Shown piece by piece: positions 1 through 9,316 of a stretch of DNA of 25,253 bases. The DNA is taken from contig DAHWNL010000088.1 in assembly GCA_027339965.1 (NCBI GenBank), positions 1 through 25,253 of the forward strand, read 5' to 3'. This stretch comes from Granulicella sp. Its GTDB lineage: Bacteria > Acidobacteriota > Terriglobia > Terriglobales > Acidobacteriaceae. A program made the translations under genes and the position numbers. The notes beneath the pieces are model-generated. The model made no database searches and was not told the DNA's origin. It saw only the letters and a list, made by a program, of their open reading frames with translations. Numbering within the stretch: the stretch's first letter is position 1; each line of letters starts with the position of its first letter.

Positions 1-406
1 CATAACAGAGAAACACACCTACCTGGCTATTCTCGACCCGGCCCGCCGTGCCGCTGTACTGGCGCTGCACTCCGGCCGAATGCATGCCCTTCTTCAGAAA
101 TCCCGTCTCATCCAGCACCAGCACCGCATCCCGGCTGCCCAGTTCTTCCTGCACATATTCGCGGAGCCTTGCCTGGACCGCATCGGCATCCCAGTGCGCC
201 CGGCCAAGCAGATACTGCATCCCGTAGGGTGCTGGCTCCCCAGCCCACTCCGCCACCTGCCAACTGTTCTTTCGTTCGCAGCCGCTCAGCAAGCCTTCCA
301 GATACGCCAGGCTCCGTTCCCTCACCTCCGACCGCGGAAACAAATCCCCCAGCCGCTGGTGCACCCGCGCCAGTTCCTCCCGCCATCGTCCCATCGCTTT
401 TTCCAT
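1..406 (-). CDS. IS701-family DDE transposase, N-terminal part (3' truncated by window edge)
   Basis: Hand translation from ATG at 406: [56 protein letters not shown]...[39 protein letters not shown], which carries typical IS701 motifs. An in-frame stop lies upstream at 439-437. Confidence 0.93.
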   Translation of the reverse strand, partial: MEKAMGRWREELARVHQRLGDLFPRSEVRERSLAYLEGLLSGCERKNSWQVAEWAGEPAPYGMQYLLGRAHWDADAVQARLREYVQEELGSRDAVLVLDETGFLKKGMHSAGVQRQYSGTAGRVENSQVGVFLCY

Positions 407-470
407 CGTGACTGCGGTCCATCTGCCGAAGCACTTTTAGTCTATTATGCAAATGCAACTGTAGTATTAG
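1..470 (-). mobile_element. IS701-family insertion sequence, left part (runs off the window)
   Basis: Transposase ORF at 1-406. The element end reads CTAATACTACAG on the minus strand (470-459), with TTAG at 467-470, consistent with YTAG-type IS701 ends or targets. The exact boundary is inferred. Confidence 0.85.
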
Positions 471-637
471 ACCCGCCGGTGATTCACTCTGGAGTGGGTG
501 CAGAAAAGCTGGGCCCTTCACCTTGCGCTCAAGAGATGCAGAGAGATTGAGGGGTAGCCTGCACAGTTTCTGCACAGCCGAAAGCAGGTCATTTATCCCT
601 CCAAAGATCAGCAATTTCTGAAAATCCAAGCATCCTT

Positions 638-3600
638 TCAGGGCGAGAACAGGCCGGGAGGGTGCGTTGCCTGTGCGGTGCGGGTGGGCGAGGCTGTGGC
701 GCGCAGCAGATCCGGAACACTGCGACTTCGCATCTGCCGTGTCGGCTTGTCCGTGGCGTTGGGCGAAGACTCTGGCGCGACCGGGACGCCATTGCAGATG
801 CCGATGGTGCGGCCGGCGACGGCAGGGATGCGTTCGCCGGGGATCAGGATGCCGGTGAGGTTGAGCGGATCGGCAGCAGAGAGGGTGAGGCTGCCTGGCT
901 GCGCCCGGGCGCGGCGCAGCGAGCGAACCGCTTCCGGAAGAGCGAACTGCTCGCCGAAGGGTCCGGAGACAAAGCGGCCGCCGCGTATCTCGCCACGCGC
1001 CTCCAGACGGCGAAGGATGGGCAGAAGGTCACTCCAGCGAGGAGCGTTGGCTTCGCGCGTCAGGAGTTCGCGGAAGAGCACGCCGTAACGGCAGAGCAGG
1101 ATGCGCGCGGCGGCGTCCAGACCGGCGTCCCGGCTTCGTGCCTGAGCGACGGCGTCCGGCGTGGCCGCGGGCGAACGCTCGGCTGACGGAAAGAGGAACC
1201 AGCGGCCGGATGCGGAGCGGGCCGCCTGACGCTTGCGCAGGCTGGGCGATGGGCCGGCAGCGCGGCTGGTTCCAGCGGAGGACAGAGAGCGGCGACGAGG
1301 ATCCATGATCGCACGGAGTTGGTCGAAGCCGTCGGCGGAGGCCAGACCGGCCGTGGCCAGCTCCCAAAGAGCCATGGTGGTCTGCGGTTTAGTGAGGCCG
1401 CTGCGATGCTGCAGGTCGATGGCAAAGGCCGCTCCGTGCGCGGAGAGCAAAGCGCGGACCGTCTGCGCCTCGGCAGACAGCGACTGCGCCAGAATGGCTT
1501 CGTCGACGGACTTCGATGCCAGAAGGTGATCCAGCCAGGCCGAGGACTCGCGCAGATAAAAGGTGATTGGTGCCAGCGAGGTCGGAATCACCCGCCGTAG
1601 GCCTGAGGGCCGTGAGCTTGAGAAGGGGTCCGCTGAGTCTGGCCGCGCGCCCCAGTCAGCCTCGGACCAGGCAGGATGCGGTGAGAGGCGTCCCCATGCG
1701 ACGATGCCGGCGAGACAAAGATTGTCCAGCCACTGCGGCGAGTAGTTGGCCACGCGCGCGGGCAGCAGCGAACGCTCCCACTCGATGGCCGGAGCCTCGA
1801 AGCCCTCCAACTGCTCGATGGCGGCCAGCACAGCCTCTTCGCCGACTGACTGAATCTGGGCTTGCTGCCGGTCTTTGCGTCCGCCCGACGGCTCGCCCAA
1901 AGGCGCGTTCAGATCTCCAGTCAGGCGCTGGTCTGGCTGCTGGTCCGGTTGCTGATTGCTGCGCTCGCCAAGCTGCCAACGTAGCAACCAATGGAAGAAT
2001 GCCTCCGGGCTCACCGGCTCGATCTGGCGGCGCAGCGTGCCGAGGGTGAGGCGGTGAATCCGCTGCAGGATGCGGCGCTCGCACCACTGGGTGTCGGGTG
2101 TGGCCTCGGGTGAAGGGTTTTCCCGGAAGGGGGATGGCAGCTCGAAGAGGCCGCGCATGGCCAGCCCCTGCATCTCCATGGTGAGTAGCGCCTGCAGAAG
2201 GCTCGAGGATTGCAGATGCGTGTGCTTCGCAAGCTGGGCCGCGGTGGTGGGGCCCAGGATCTGGAGCCAGCCCTGGGTGAGGGTGAGAACCGCGTCTGGA
2301 GCAGAGCTCTCCGATGCCGCGATTTGGCCGCTCCGTTCACCCTCCCGCTCGGGCCATAGCAGGTTCGCGGTAGCGGCGCGCTCTGTGGCCATCCACATTT
2401 GCTGGTCGTCGATTGACACCGAGCAGGCGCGGCCCTGCGCTTGCAGGCGGGCGAAGAAGAGCGGCCAGTGCTCCGTGCCTTTGCCTGCCGGAGCTTGTGC
2501 GAGGATAGGGAGCGGCAGGCAGATAAGCTGCAGAAGCAGTTCGTGAAGCTCATGCTCGTCGCGCAGGTCCGGCCAGAGCTGGGCGCGGACCTGCGCGATC
2601 GCCGCAGGATCGAGGCGGCCGGGCACCTCCGGGAGTTGAGCAGGAAGGACGCCGCGCGTGCGCACAGCCCGGGTGCGTCGTGCAACGGCATCCTCGGGGT
2701 CGAGAAAGGCGTAGGGAAGCGCGTGGAGCAGCTCGTGAGAGAAGACCGAGGGCACGGGCGTATCGACGGCGATGCAGCGGATGCTACCGTCGCTGATGCC
2801 CTGCAACAGAGCGAGCAGGCCGTCGATGTCCATGGACTCGGTGAGGGTATCCTTCATCACCTCGCGGACCAGAGGATGGTCCGGGATCTCAAGATCGCCC
2901 ACCAGGTTCTCCGGGCAGGCCGAGGCGTGGGGAAAGACGCTGGCCAGGAGATCGTCTGAGCGGATGCGCTGGATCTGCGGAGCCACGCGCTTGCCCTTCT
3001 GCATGCGCAGAAGTTGCAGACTGCGGCCGGCGGCCCAGCGCCAGCGGTTCTTAAACAGCGGTGAGGAGATGCTGGCCTGCTCCAGCAGGCTGCGCGTGGT
3101 GAGGGTGGAGAGGAAGTGGAAGACCTCGGCGAGGGGAAAGCTGTGCTGCTCGGCCAGAGAAATGTTGATGCCATTATCGGTGGCCGCTGCCTGCAGCTCG
3201 AAGTTGAAGCCGCGGCAGAAACGCTTGCGCAAGGCCAGCCCCCATGCCTTGTTGATGCGGCCACCGAAAGGCGCGTGCAGGATGAGCTGCTGACCGCCGC
3301 CCTGGTCAAAGAATCGTTCGGCGATCAGGATGTTCTTACTGGGCACGGCTCCCAGCACGGTGCGGCCGAAGACGATGTAGGTGATGAGCTGCAGAGCGGC
3401 CGAGTTAGAGAGGAAGCACTCGCGCTGCAGCAGAGCGATGGTCTGGGCCAGGGACGGCGGCACAGTGGATGGGCTGAGGCTGGTGTGCGAGAGATCAGCC
3501 GGGCAAAGATCGCGGGTGAGGCGGTCGAGCTCATTGCGCAGCTCGCTGACGGCGTCGGAGAGCGCCGCGGTGCGCTGCGGAGCCTCACCCTCCCAGAAGG

Positions 3601-5380
3601 GGATGCTGGGTGGGGCTCCGTGTGCGTCCTCCACCAGCAGCTTGCCGGTGGGGTCCACGCGCTGGATGCGCCAGCTTGTGTTCCCCAGCAGGATCACGTC
3701 GCCGGGATGGCTCTCGACGGCGAAGTGTTCATCGACGGTGGCGATCTGGACGTTCTCCGGTTGCAGCAGGACGGTGAAGATCGCGGTGTCCGGAATGGCG
3801 CCCCCGTTGGCGATGGCGATGGCGCGCGCGCCGCGGCGGGGATGCAGATGGCCATGCACCTGATCGCGCAGAAGATAGGCTCCGTAGCGGCCACGAGAGC
3901 TGACGACGCCGTTGTGCAGCAAGACGAGAAGCTCTTCGAAGTGAGCGCGGGTCAGGTTGCGGTAGGGCCAGGCGCGGCGCAGAACGCTAAAAAGCGTCTC
4001 TTCCGGCCAGGGCTCGGCTCCCACGGCGGCAACGATCTGCTGCATCAGCACGTCGGCGGGTGCCTCTGGAACCTCCAGCCGGTCGAGTTCGCCGGCTGCC
4101 ATCTGGCGCAGCAGCGCAGCCTGTTCGAGCAGATCGTCCCGGGTGAGAGCGAAGAAACGGCCCTTGGGGATGGCCCCGCGCCAGTGGCCGGCGCGTCCCA
4201 CGCGCTGCATGGCCACGGCGATGGAACGTGTGGATCCTATCTGACAGACCAGATCCACCGTGCCGATATCGATGCCTAACTCCAGCGAAGCGGTGGCCAC
4301 CAGAACGCGGATCTGGCCGGACTTGAGGCGCTGCTCGGCATCCAGGCGAAGGGTGCGGGAGAGTGAGCCGTGATGCGCCGCGACGGCGTCTTCGCCCAAG
4401 CGGTTGGCGAGAGCAAAGCTGATCTTCTCTGCCAGCGCGCGGGTGTTGACGAAGACCAGAGTGCTGCGGTGCTGAGCCGCGAAGGTGGCCAGCTTGGCGT
4501 AGATCTCCTCCCACATGGCCGTGGAGGTGATGGAGGAGAGCGGGATACTCGGCGCCTCGATGGCCAGATCCAGGCTGCGCCGCTGGGCTACCTGAACCAC
4601 GGCTGCAGGCTGGCGCTCATCGTGCGCGCGGTCCACGCCAGTGAGGAAGCCGGCCAGCAGCTCGATGGGGTTCTGGGTTGCGGAGAGGCCGATGCGTTGC
4701 GGAGGAGAGCTACGCGCGCCCAGCATCACACCGGGCGCAAGGGAGTTTTCACCACAAACCAGAGCTTCCAGACGTTCCAGCGAGAGCGCCAGGTGCGCGC
4801 CGCGCTTGTTGCCGGCGACGGCGTGGATCTCATCGACGATGACGGTCTCCACGCAGGTGAGGTTCTGGCGGAAGCGGGCTGCGGTGAGCAGGATGTAGAG
4901 CGACTCCGGGGTGGTCACCAGGATATGCGGGGGATTCCTGAGCATCGCAGCCCGGTCTCGGGCCAGGGTGTCCCCCGTCCGCACGCCGACACGGATCTCC
5001 GGGCAAAGGTAGCCGCGCTCCATGGCGAGCTGCTGGATTTCGGCCAGCGGGGCCTGGAGGTTCTTCTGGATGTCGTTGGAGAGGGCCTTGAGCGGTGAGA
5101 TGTAGACCACCTGGGTGCGCGGGTCGAGACGGCCTGCGATGGCGGCGCGCAGCAGCTTGTCGATGGCGACCAGAAAAGCGGAGAGGGTCTTGCCGGAGCC
5201 GGTGGGAGCCGAGAGCAACGTGGCCTCACCGCGCAGGATCGTCGGCCAGCCGGCGATCTGGGGTTCGGTGGGGGAACCGAAGCGTTGGGCGAACCACTCC
5301 TGAACAACCGGATGCGCCCAGGCGAGGGCGTTCTCAGCCGCATTGCGGCAGGCGTCGGGGGAGGGAGATTTGGCCGCCAT
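638..5380 (-). CDS. lhr: Lhr-family SF2 DNA repair helicase, long form with C-terminal domain
   Basis: 1580 aa. Motifs: PTGSGKT, SPLKALSND, TTPESL, DEIH, LSAT, HHGSLS, ATASLELGIDIG, QRVGRAGH, PFWEGE. The Lhr C-terminal region includes RGEIRGGRFV..GEQFALP and SAADPLNL. Confidence 0.95.
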   Translation of the reverse strand: MAAKSPSPDACRNAAENALAWAHPVVQEWFAQRFGSPTEPQIAGWPTILRGEATLLSAPTGSGKTLSAFLVAIDKLLRAAIAGRLDPRTQVVYISPLKALSNDIQKNLQAPLAEIQQLAMERGYLCPEIRVGVRTGDTLARDRAAMLRNPPHILVTTPESLYILLTAARFRQNLTCVETVIVDEIHAVAGNKRGAHLALSLERLEALVCGENSLAPGVMLGARSSPPQRIGLSATQNPIELLAGFLTGVDRAHDERQPAAVVQVAQRRSLDLAIEAPSIPLSSITSTAMWEEIYAKLATFAAQHRSTLVFVNTRALAEKISFALANRLGEDAVAAHHGSLSRTLRLDAEQRLKSGQIRVLVATASLELGIDIGTVDLVCQIGSTRSIAVAMQRVGRAGHWRGAIPKGRFFALTRDDLLEQAALLRQMAAGELDRLEVPEAPADVLMQQIVAAVGAEPWPEETLFSVLRRAWPYRNLTRAHFEELLVLLHNGVVSSRGRYGAYLLRDQVHGHLHPRRGARAIAIANGGAIPDTAIFTVLLQPENVQIATVDEHFAVESHPGDVILLGNTSWRIQRVDPTGKLLVEDAHGAPPSIPFWEGEAPQRTAALSDAVSELRNELDRLTRDLCPADLSHTSLSPSTVPPSLAQTIALLQRECFLSNSAALQLITYIVFGRTVLGAVPSKNILIAERFFDQGGGQQLILHAPFGGRINKAWGLALRKRFCRGFNFELQAAATDNGINISLAEQHSFPLAEVFHFLSTLTTRSLLEQASISSPLFKNRWRWAAGRSLQLLRMQKGKRVAPQIQRIRSDDLLASVFPHASACPENLVGDLEIPDHPLVREVMKDTLTESMDIDGLLALLQGISDGSIRCIAVDTPVPSVFSHELLHALPYAFLDPEDAVARRTRAVRTRGVLPAQLPEVPGRLDPAAIAQVRAQLWPDLRDEHELHELLLQLICLPLPILAQAPAGKGTEHWPLFFARLQAQGRACSVSIDDQQMWMATERAATANLLWPEREGERSGQIAASESSAPDAVLTLTQGWLQILGPTTAAQLAKHTHLQSSSLLQALLTMEMQGLAMRGLFELPSPFRENPSPEATPDTQWCERRILQRIHRLTLGTLRRQIEPVSPEAFFHWLLRWQLGERSNQQPDQQPDQRLTGDLNAPLGEPSGGRKDRQQAQIQSVGEEAVLAAIEQLEGFEAPAIEWERSLLPARVANYSPQWLDNLCLAGIVAWGRLSPHPAWSEADWGARPDSADPFSSSRPSGLRRVIPTSLAPITFYLRESSAWLDHLLASKSVDEAILAQSLSAEAQTVRALLSAHGAAFAIDLQHRSGLTKPQTTMALWELATAGLASADGFDQLRAIMDPRRRSLSSAGTSRAAGPSPSLRKRQAARSASGRWFLFPSAERSPAATPDAVAQARSRDAGLDAAARILLCRYGVLFRELLTREANAPRWSDLLPILRRLEARGEIRGGRFVSGPFGEQFALPEAVRSLRRARAQPGSLTLSAADPLNLTGILIPGERIPAVAGRTIGICNGVPVAPESSPNATDKPTRQMRSRSVPDLLRATASPTRTAQATHPPGLFSP

Positions 5381-5385
5381 GAGCC

Positions 5386-5411
5386 ATTGTAGCTCTTCGC
5401 AGTTTCTTCGC
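5386..5411 (-). promoter_or_regulatory. lhr promoter: -10 TACAAT plus adjacent 7-bp direct repeat (candidate SOS/LexA-type box)
   Basis: Minus strand reads GCGAAGA-aact-GCGAAGA-gc-TACAAT-ggctc-ATG, with no Shine-Dalgarno sequence. Confidence 0.55.
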
Positions 5412-5479
5412 CATGCGGTGGCTGCGAGAAGCGCATGGCGGACTCCGGGAGCCGGGCATAGGTTCAGGAGGCGGGTTGG

Positions 5480-6100
5480 CTACATGTTGCCTGCGCCTAC
5501 GTCGGCGGCCCTGGCCTCGGCGCTGTCCTGCGCCAGGTAGCGTTCGATGGTCTCTTCAAGCATGCCGCGAGCGCGCAGGATGAAGTCGATGGCGTCCCGG
5601 CCGGCTCCCTGACCACCGGGGTTGGGGGTGACATAGTGCGCGGCGGCCTTGGCCTCTGGCCGGGCGTTGGCGGAGGCGATGGCCAGACCGACGATGCGCA
5701 TCACGGGTAGATCGATGATGTCGTCGCCGACGTAGGCGATCTCCTCCAGGACGCAGGATTCAGAGGTCATGATGCCCCGAAGCGCCTCACGCTTGTTGGA
5801 CTGGCCCTGATAGAGGTGGTCGATCCGAAGGTCGGCTGCACGGATGGAGACCACGCGCGAGTTGCGCTTGGTGATCCAGCCGATCTTCAGCCCGGCCAAG
5901 CGGGCGATGGCGACGCCCAGGCCGTCGTGCGCAGAGAAGCTCTTGACCTCGACGGCTCGTGGAATGGCCGGACCGCCGGTCGAGTGGGAGACTTCCATCT
6001 CGGGAATAAAGGTGATCTCGCCGTTGGTGAGAACACCGTCGACATCGTACAGCAGCACTTTGATGCGGCGGGCTCGATCTTCCGGGGAAAGTATATCCAT
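5480..6100 (-). CDS. kdsC: KdsC-family HAD phosphatase (Kdo 8-phosphate phosphatase)
   Basis: DVDGVLT motif I, KSFSAHDG, YVGDDIID and GGQGAGRDAIDFIL. Confidence 0.85.
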   Translation of the reverse strand: MDILSPEDRARRIKVLLYDVDGVLTNGEITFIPEMEVSHSTGGPAIPRAVEVKSFSAHDGLGVAIARLAGLKIGWITKRNSRVVSIRAADLRIDHLYQGQSNKREALRGIMTSESCVLEEIAYVGDDIIDLPVMRIVGLAIASANARPEAKAAAHYVTPNPGGQGAGRDAIDFILRARGMLEETIERYLAQDSAEARAADVGAGNM

Positions 6101-6148
6101 GGGCTCATGATACTGAAGTGGGTCAAAAGAGCCCGATGGCCCGCTACC

Positions 6149-7306
6149 TCAACGGCCAATCACCAGAAGCCGGAAGCTGCCCGGGAGCGGGACGCGATCG
6201 TGATGATGTACAGCCTGCCCGGCCGGGGTGGGCTCGAAGTCCGCCGTGGCGGTGAAGATGCGGCCGGTGTTGGGGTCAAAGGTGATCGTGCGGGCTCCGG
6301 GCTGGGTCTTGAGCGTCTGCTCAACGCGAAATGCTGAGCCGAAGAGCGGGGCGTCTGGGGCGAGGCTCTCCTGGGTGACGGTCAGCGTTCCGTCGGCCTG
6401 GGTGCTGTAGGCCTCTTGCGTCGCGGGATTGAACAGGGCTCCGTCACAGCCTGCGCCGATGGGCAGGGTGGTGAGAATCTTTCCGTCTGAACTGCGCAGA
6501 ATCACCATGATGTGCTTGTCGTTGCAGGCCGCAAAGAGGACGCCGCGGCCGGCATCGATGGCCAGGCCGGAGCATCCGCCGCCCACCGAGGACACGTCGT
6601 AGTTGGCAAGCAGTTTCAGGCTGCGGGTGTCGACTACGGCGATGCGGTCCTTGTTTTCCACGTCCAGAAAGAGATGCCCCTGGCCGTCAAGCTGAGACTG
6701 CTCCGGTTCACCGCCCAGATTGACGGTGCCCAGGATCTCGCCGGTCACGGCGTCCAGTGCCGTGACGTTCGGTTCGGCATGGGAGAAGATGTAGACGTGA
6801 TGAGTGATGGGGTCGTCGAGGTAGCCGTCCGGACGGCCGCCGATGGCGATGGTCTTGATGATGTGATGGGTGAGGCTGTCGAACATGATGACCTGGCTGC
6901 CGGTGGCAAAGCCATGGTGTGTGGCGTTATCGATGGCCGCCCCATGAACCGTTCCGGTGGGGATCGTGGCGATGGGTTTCAGCGTGTCCAGGTTGTAGAC
7001 GTGAAGCGCGCCGGTGGGACCGGAGCGGGCGATGTAGAGCTCGCGGGTAGAGGCGTTGGCGGCCAGATAGTCCCAGCCTCCCTGGCCGCCGAGTTTGTGA
7101 ATCGAAAGAATTCGGTAGGGGGCGTAAGCTTGGCCGGACATGGCTGGGCCGCCTTGGGGTTGGGCGGGGAGAGCGCAAGCCATCGTGAATGCCGTGCCGA
7201 TCCCTGCAAGGGAACACCGCAGCGCAGACGGTGGAAAGGATAGAAGCCGATGCAGAGACGATAGAAGCTGATAGAGAAGGCCGTCTGTTTTTATGCCATT
7301 TTTCAT
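6149..7306 (-). CDS. Exported YncE/YVTN-like beta-propeller protein
   Basis: GGQGGWDYL start of the fold, repeated blades (GGRPDG, GGEPEQ, GAGCDG, PGARTITFDP) and a hydrophobic N-region. I moved the start to ATG 7306, which lies 7 nt after TATCGT; the 5' extension in the ORF track looks non-coding. Confidence 0.85.
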   Translation of the reverse strand: MKNGIKTDGLLYQLLSSLHRLLSFPPSALRCSLAGIGTAFTMACALPAQPQGGPAMSGQAYAPYRILSIHKLGGQGGWDYLAANASTRELYIARSGPTGALHVYNLDTLKPIATIPTGTVHGAAIDNATHHGFATGSQVIMFDSLTHHIIKTIAIGGRPDGYLDDPITHHVYIFSHAEPNVTALDAVTGEILGTVNLGGEPEQSQLDGQGHLFLDVENKDRIAVVDTRSLKLLANYDVSSVGGGCSGLAIDAGRGVLFAACNDKHIMVILRSSDGKILTTLPIGAGCDGALFNPATQEAYSTQADGTLTVTQESLAPDAPLFGSAFRVEQTLKTQPGARTITFDPNTGRIFTATADFEPTPAGQAVHHHDRVPLPGSFRLLVIGR

Positions 7307-7640
7307 GCCACTAACGATACGCTTGGAAGTCTGCGCCAAAATCAACAATCGGATGAAAATGAGATGGCAAACTTGGCGCGCGCCATGCGGTCGCCAGCGG
7401 TCCCGGGTCTGCGCGAGGTAGGCAGGCAGCGCTGAGACCGCAGCGATGAGAAGGAAGTTGGGTCCGTAGGGATCTTGGCGCATGGCAGAGGATACCAAGA
7501 GGGGTCTGTCAGGAACGGTCGAGGAAAGGGTTGAGCCGGCTCCATCCTCAACTCCTCCGCAGGGAGCGTGCCGGCACGGGAGCGCAGCAAATCGCATCGC
7601 CGATTCATTGCAGCCGGAGATGACGGCTGGGGAGGGCGCC

Positions 7641-7823
7641 ATGAGAACGGAAGATCGCGGTCAGCATCGAACCGGCGATGGAAGCTCGCGCTGGCCAGGC
7701 TGGGTTCAGTATCTGTTTGTGGCGTTGCTGACCTTGTTGTTTCTCAGCCTAGCGTTGAGCATGGCCAGGCACCCCTTTCTGCGGGGCAGCCATTGGGAAC
7801 AGAGCTCGATGACGAGCCGGTAG
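7641..7823 (+). CDS. Small single-pass membrane protein (60 aa), hypothetical
   Basis: GGAGG Shine-Dalgarno before ATG 7641 and one transmembrane segment (WVQYLFVALLTLLFLSLALSM). Confidence 0.6.
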   Translation: MRTEDRGQHRTGDGSSRWPGWVQYLFVALLTLLFLSLALSMARHPFLRGSHWEQSSMTSR

Positions 7824-7902
7824 CCCTGTCTTTCTCTCCGCATCCAGAATCGGTTCATGAGGATGGTTTGCCGGGCGAAGAGACCCGGCGGAGGGATGTT
7901 CC

Positions 7903-8175
7903 TCAGCGGCGAAAGGCGGCGAAGGGGCTGGATTGGCCCCAGATGAGCCGGATAAGCGGATAGTTCCCAGGCCGATCCCAGCGCGGCCCGCAGGGTTCAG
8001 GGTGAGCTTCGATGTGGAACCCGCCGAGAAGATTGAGGATCGCTTCCTCGCTGAGGCCGCGCTCGCGCAAGGTGCAGATCTCCCCCCGAAGGACGGAGTC
8101 CGGCAGAGAGACGGCGCCAAGCTGATCTTGCGCAGAGAGTTCGGGACCCGCAGGGAGATGCGTAGGATAAGTCAT
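7903..8175 (-). CDS. Hypothetical protein (90 aa)
   Basis: GAGG about 10 nt before the ATG, natural-looking composition, and it fills an otherwise empty gap. No recognised family. Confidence 0.5.
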   Translation of the reverse strand: MTYPTHLPAGPELSAQDQLGAVSLPDSVLRGEICTLRERGLSEEAILNLLGGFHIEAHPEPCGPRWDRPGNYPLIRLIWGQSSPFAAFRR

Positions 8176-8524
8176 TCGGTAGAAACCTCAGGAACCGCAA
8201 CGTGGGACAACTGCCGCGCGAGATGGCTGCGTGGTTCGAACCTTTCGCCCAAGGATCGAGATGGGCTGGCTGGAGCGCAGAAACCGAGCAGGTTGGATCG
8301 GATTAGCCCGGGTCGCCCCGGGGTCCTCAACGGCTGCGCCCTCTTACCAGGACTTAATCGTATTCAACGCGCGCAGAATCAAGCATGGTTCCCGAAACTT
8401 AATCGGGCCTGTCACCTCAAACGTCAATACCTGTTCTGGTTACAAAGGATCTCTCACGCGGAGAATCGGCGCGCGGCTGTGACGCCAGTCTCTGCGGGCA
8501 GGGCCGGAGCCAGTTGCCGGGAAC

Positions 8525-8965
8525 TCAGCGTCCTATACGTTCCATCAGACCTCGGTCCACGGAGGGCAGACCCTGGAACCATTCGGCTTCCGCGCCTGGC
8601 TGAGGCAGCATGTGGCCGAACTCGATCATCTGGTAGCAGGGGAGCTCAACAAGGCTGGCCCAGATGGCATTATGGGCTGCACCGGCGGCCAGCGCGAGCG
8701 CGTTGGTGAGTTGAACCAGGAGCTCCTGGCGCTGCTCCGGGCTACGCCCGGCGCGGATCTTCCCCTGCACGTAAAGCAGATCGTGCTGCAGCGGCTTGCC
8801 GCCTACAAAATGGCTTCCGGGGGGAAGATCATGGAACAGCACCTGGGTAAAGTAGGCCTGGGCTCCGGTTACAGACCTGTGGATGCGCGTGATCTCCTGG
8901 GCGATCAGCGTCTTCTGGCGCGGGGTGAGGCGTCCGGCCTCCGTGGTGACCGTGTACGTCGGCAT
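8525..8965 (-). CDS. Tautomerase superfamily protein, cis-3-chloroacrylic acid dehalogenase (cis-CaaD)/Cg10062-like
   Basis: N-terminal Pro1, His28, Arg70, Arg73, Glu114 and C-terminal LPQPG.E.EWF. GGAGG Shine-Dalgarno and TACATT -10 at 9014-9009. Confidence 0.88.
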   Translation of the reverse strand: MPTYTVTTEAGRLTPRQKTLIAQEITRIHRSVTGAQAYFTQVLFHDLPPGSHFVGGKPLQHDLLYVQGKIRAGRSPEQRQELLVQLTNALALAAGAAHNAIWASLVELPCYQMIEFGHMLPQPGAEAEWFQGLPSVDRGLMERIGR

Positions 8966-9316
8966 GGAAGCGAAACCTCCGGCAAAGAATTCTGAGGATG
9001 AACTTCTTAATGTACACGATGGCGCTCCCCGAGCGATGGCGTCCGGGTGAAGCTTCAGGCTCCATCCCAGGCGGCCGGGGGGCCGGCGGCGGCAGGAGAG
9101 AAGCCGTTATCGGAAGCGGTCTCTTTGCGGCCGCATTCCGTCCACGCCGGAGTGCAGAAGTCCCGACGAAGGAGATGCTGGCGGCCTTTTGCCGAGAGAA
9201 CGTGCGGCTCGCAGATCCTTGCGTTGGGCAAAGACTTTTGTTTACGCGGGAGATGCCACCGCGAAGCGGGATTGGGTGGCGAACCCGGGCGTAATGGCCG
9301 AAGCCGATGGCCCGCT

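Noticed and set aside
560..601. DnaA-box-like TGCACAG repeats (possible origin)
   Set aside because: There is only one near-consensus box, no AT-rich unwinding element and no dnaA context.
80..629. ORFs 80..550 (+) and 108..629 (-)
   Set aside because: These are shadow or off-frame ORFs over the IS701 transposase.
7307..7642. 112-aa N-terminal extension of the YncE-like ORF
   Set aside because: The composition looks non-coding, it runs into the divergent gene start, and a better start exists at 7306.
8231..8250. tRNA-like GGTTCGAACC T-loop
   Set aside because: The flanks do not pair as a T-stem and no cloverleaf forms.
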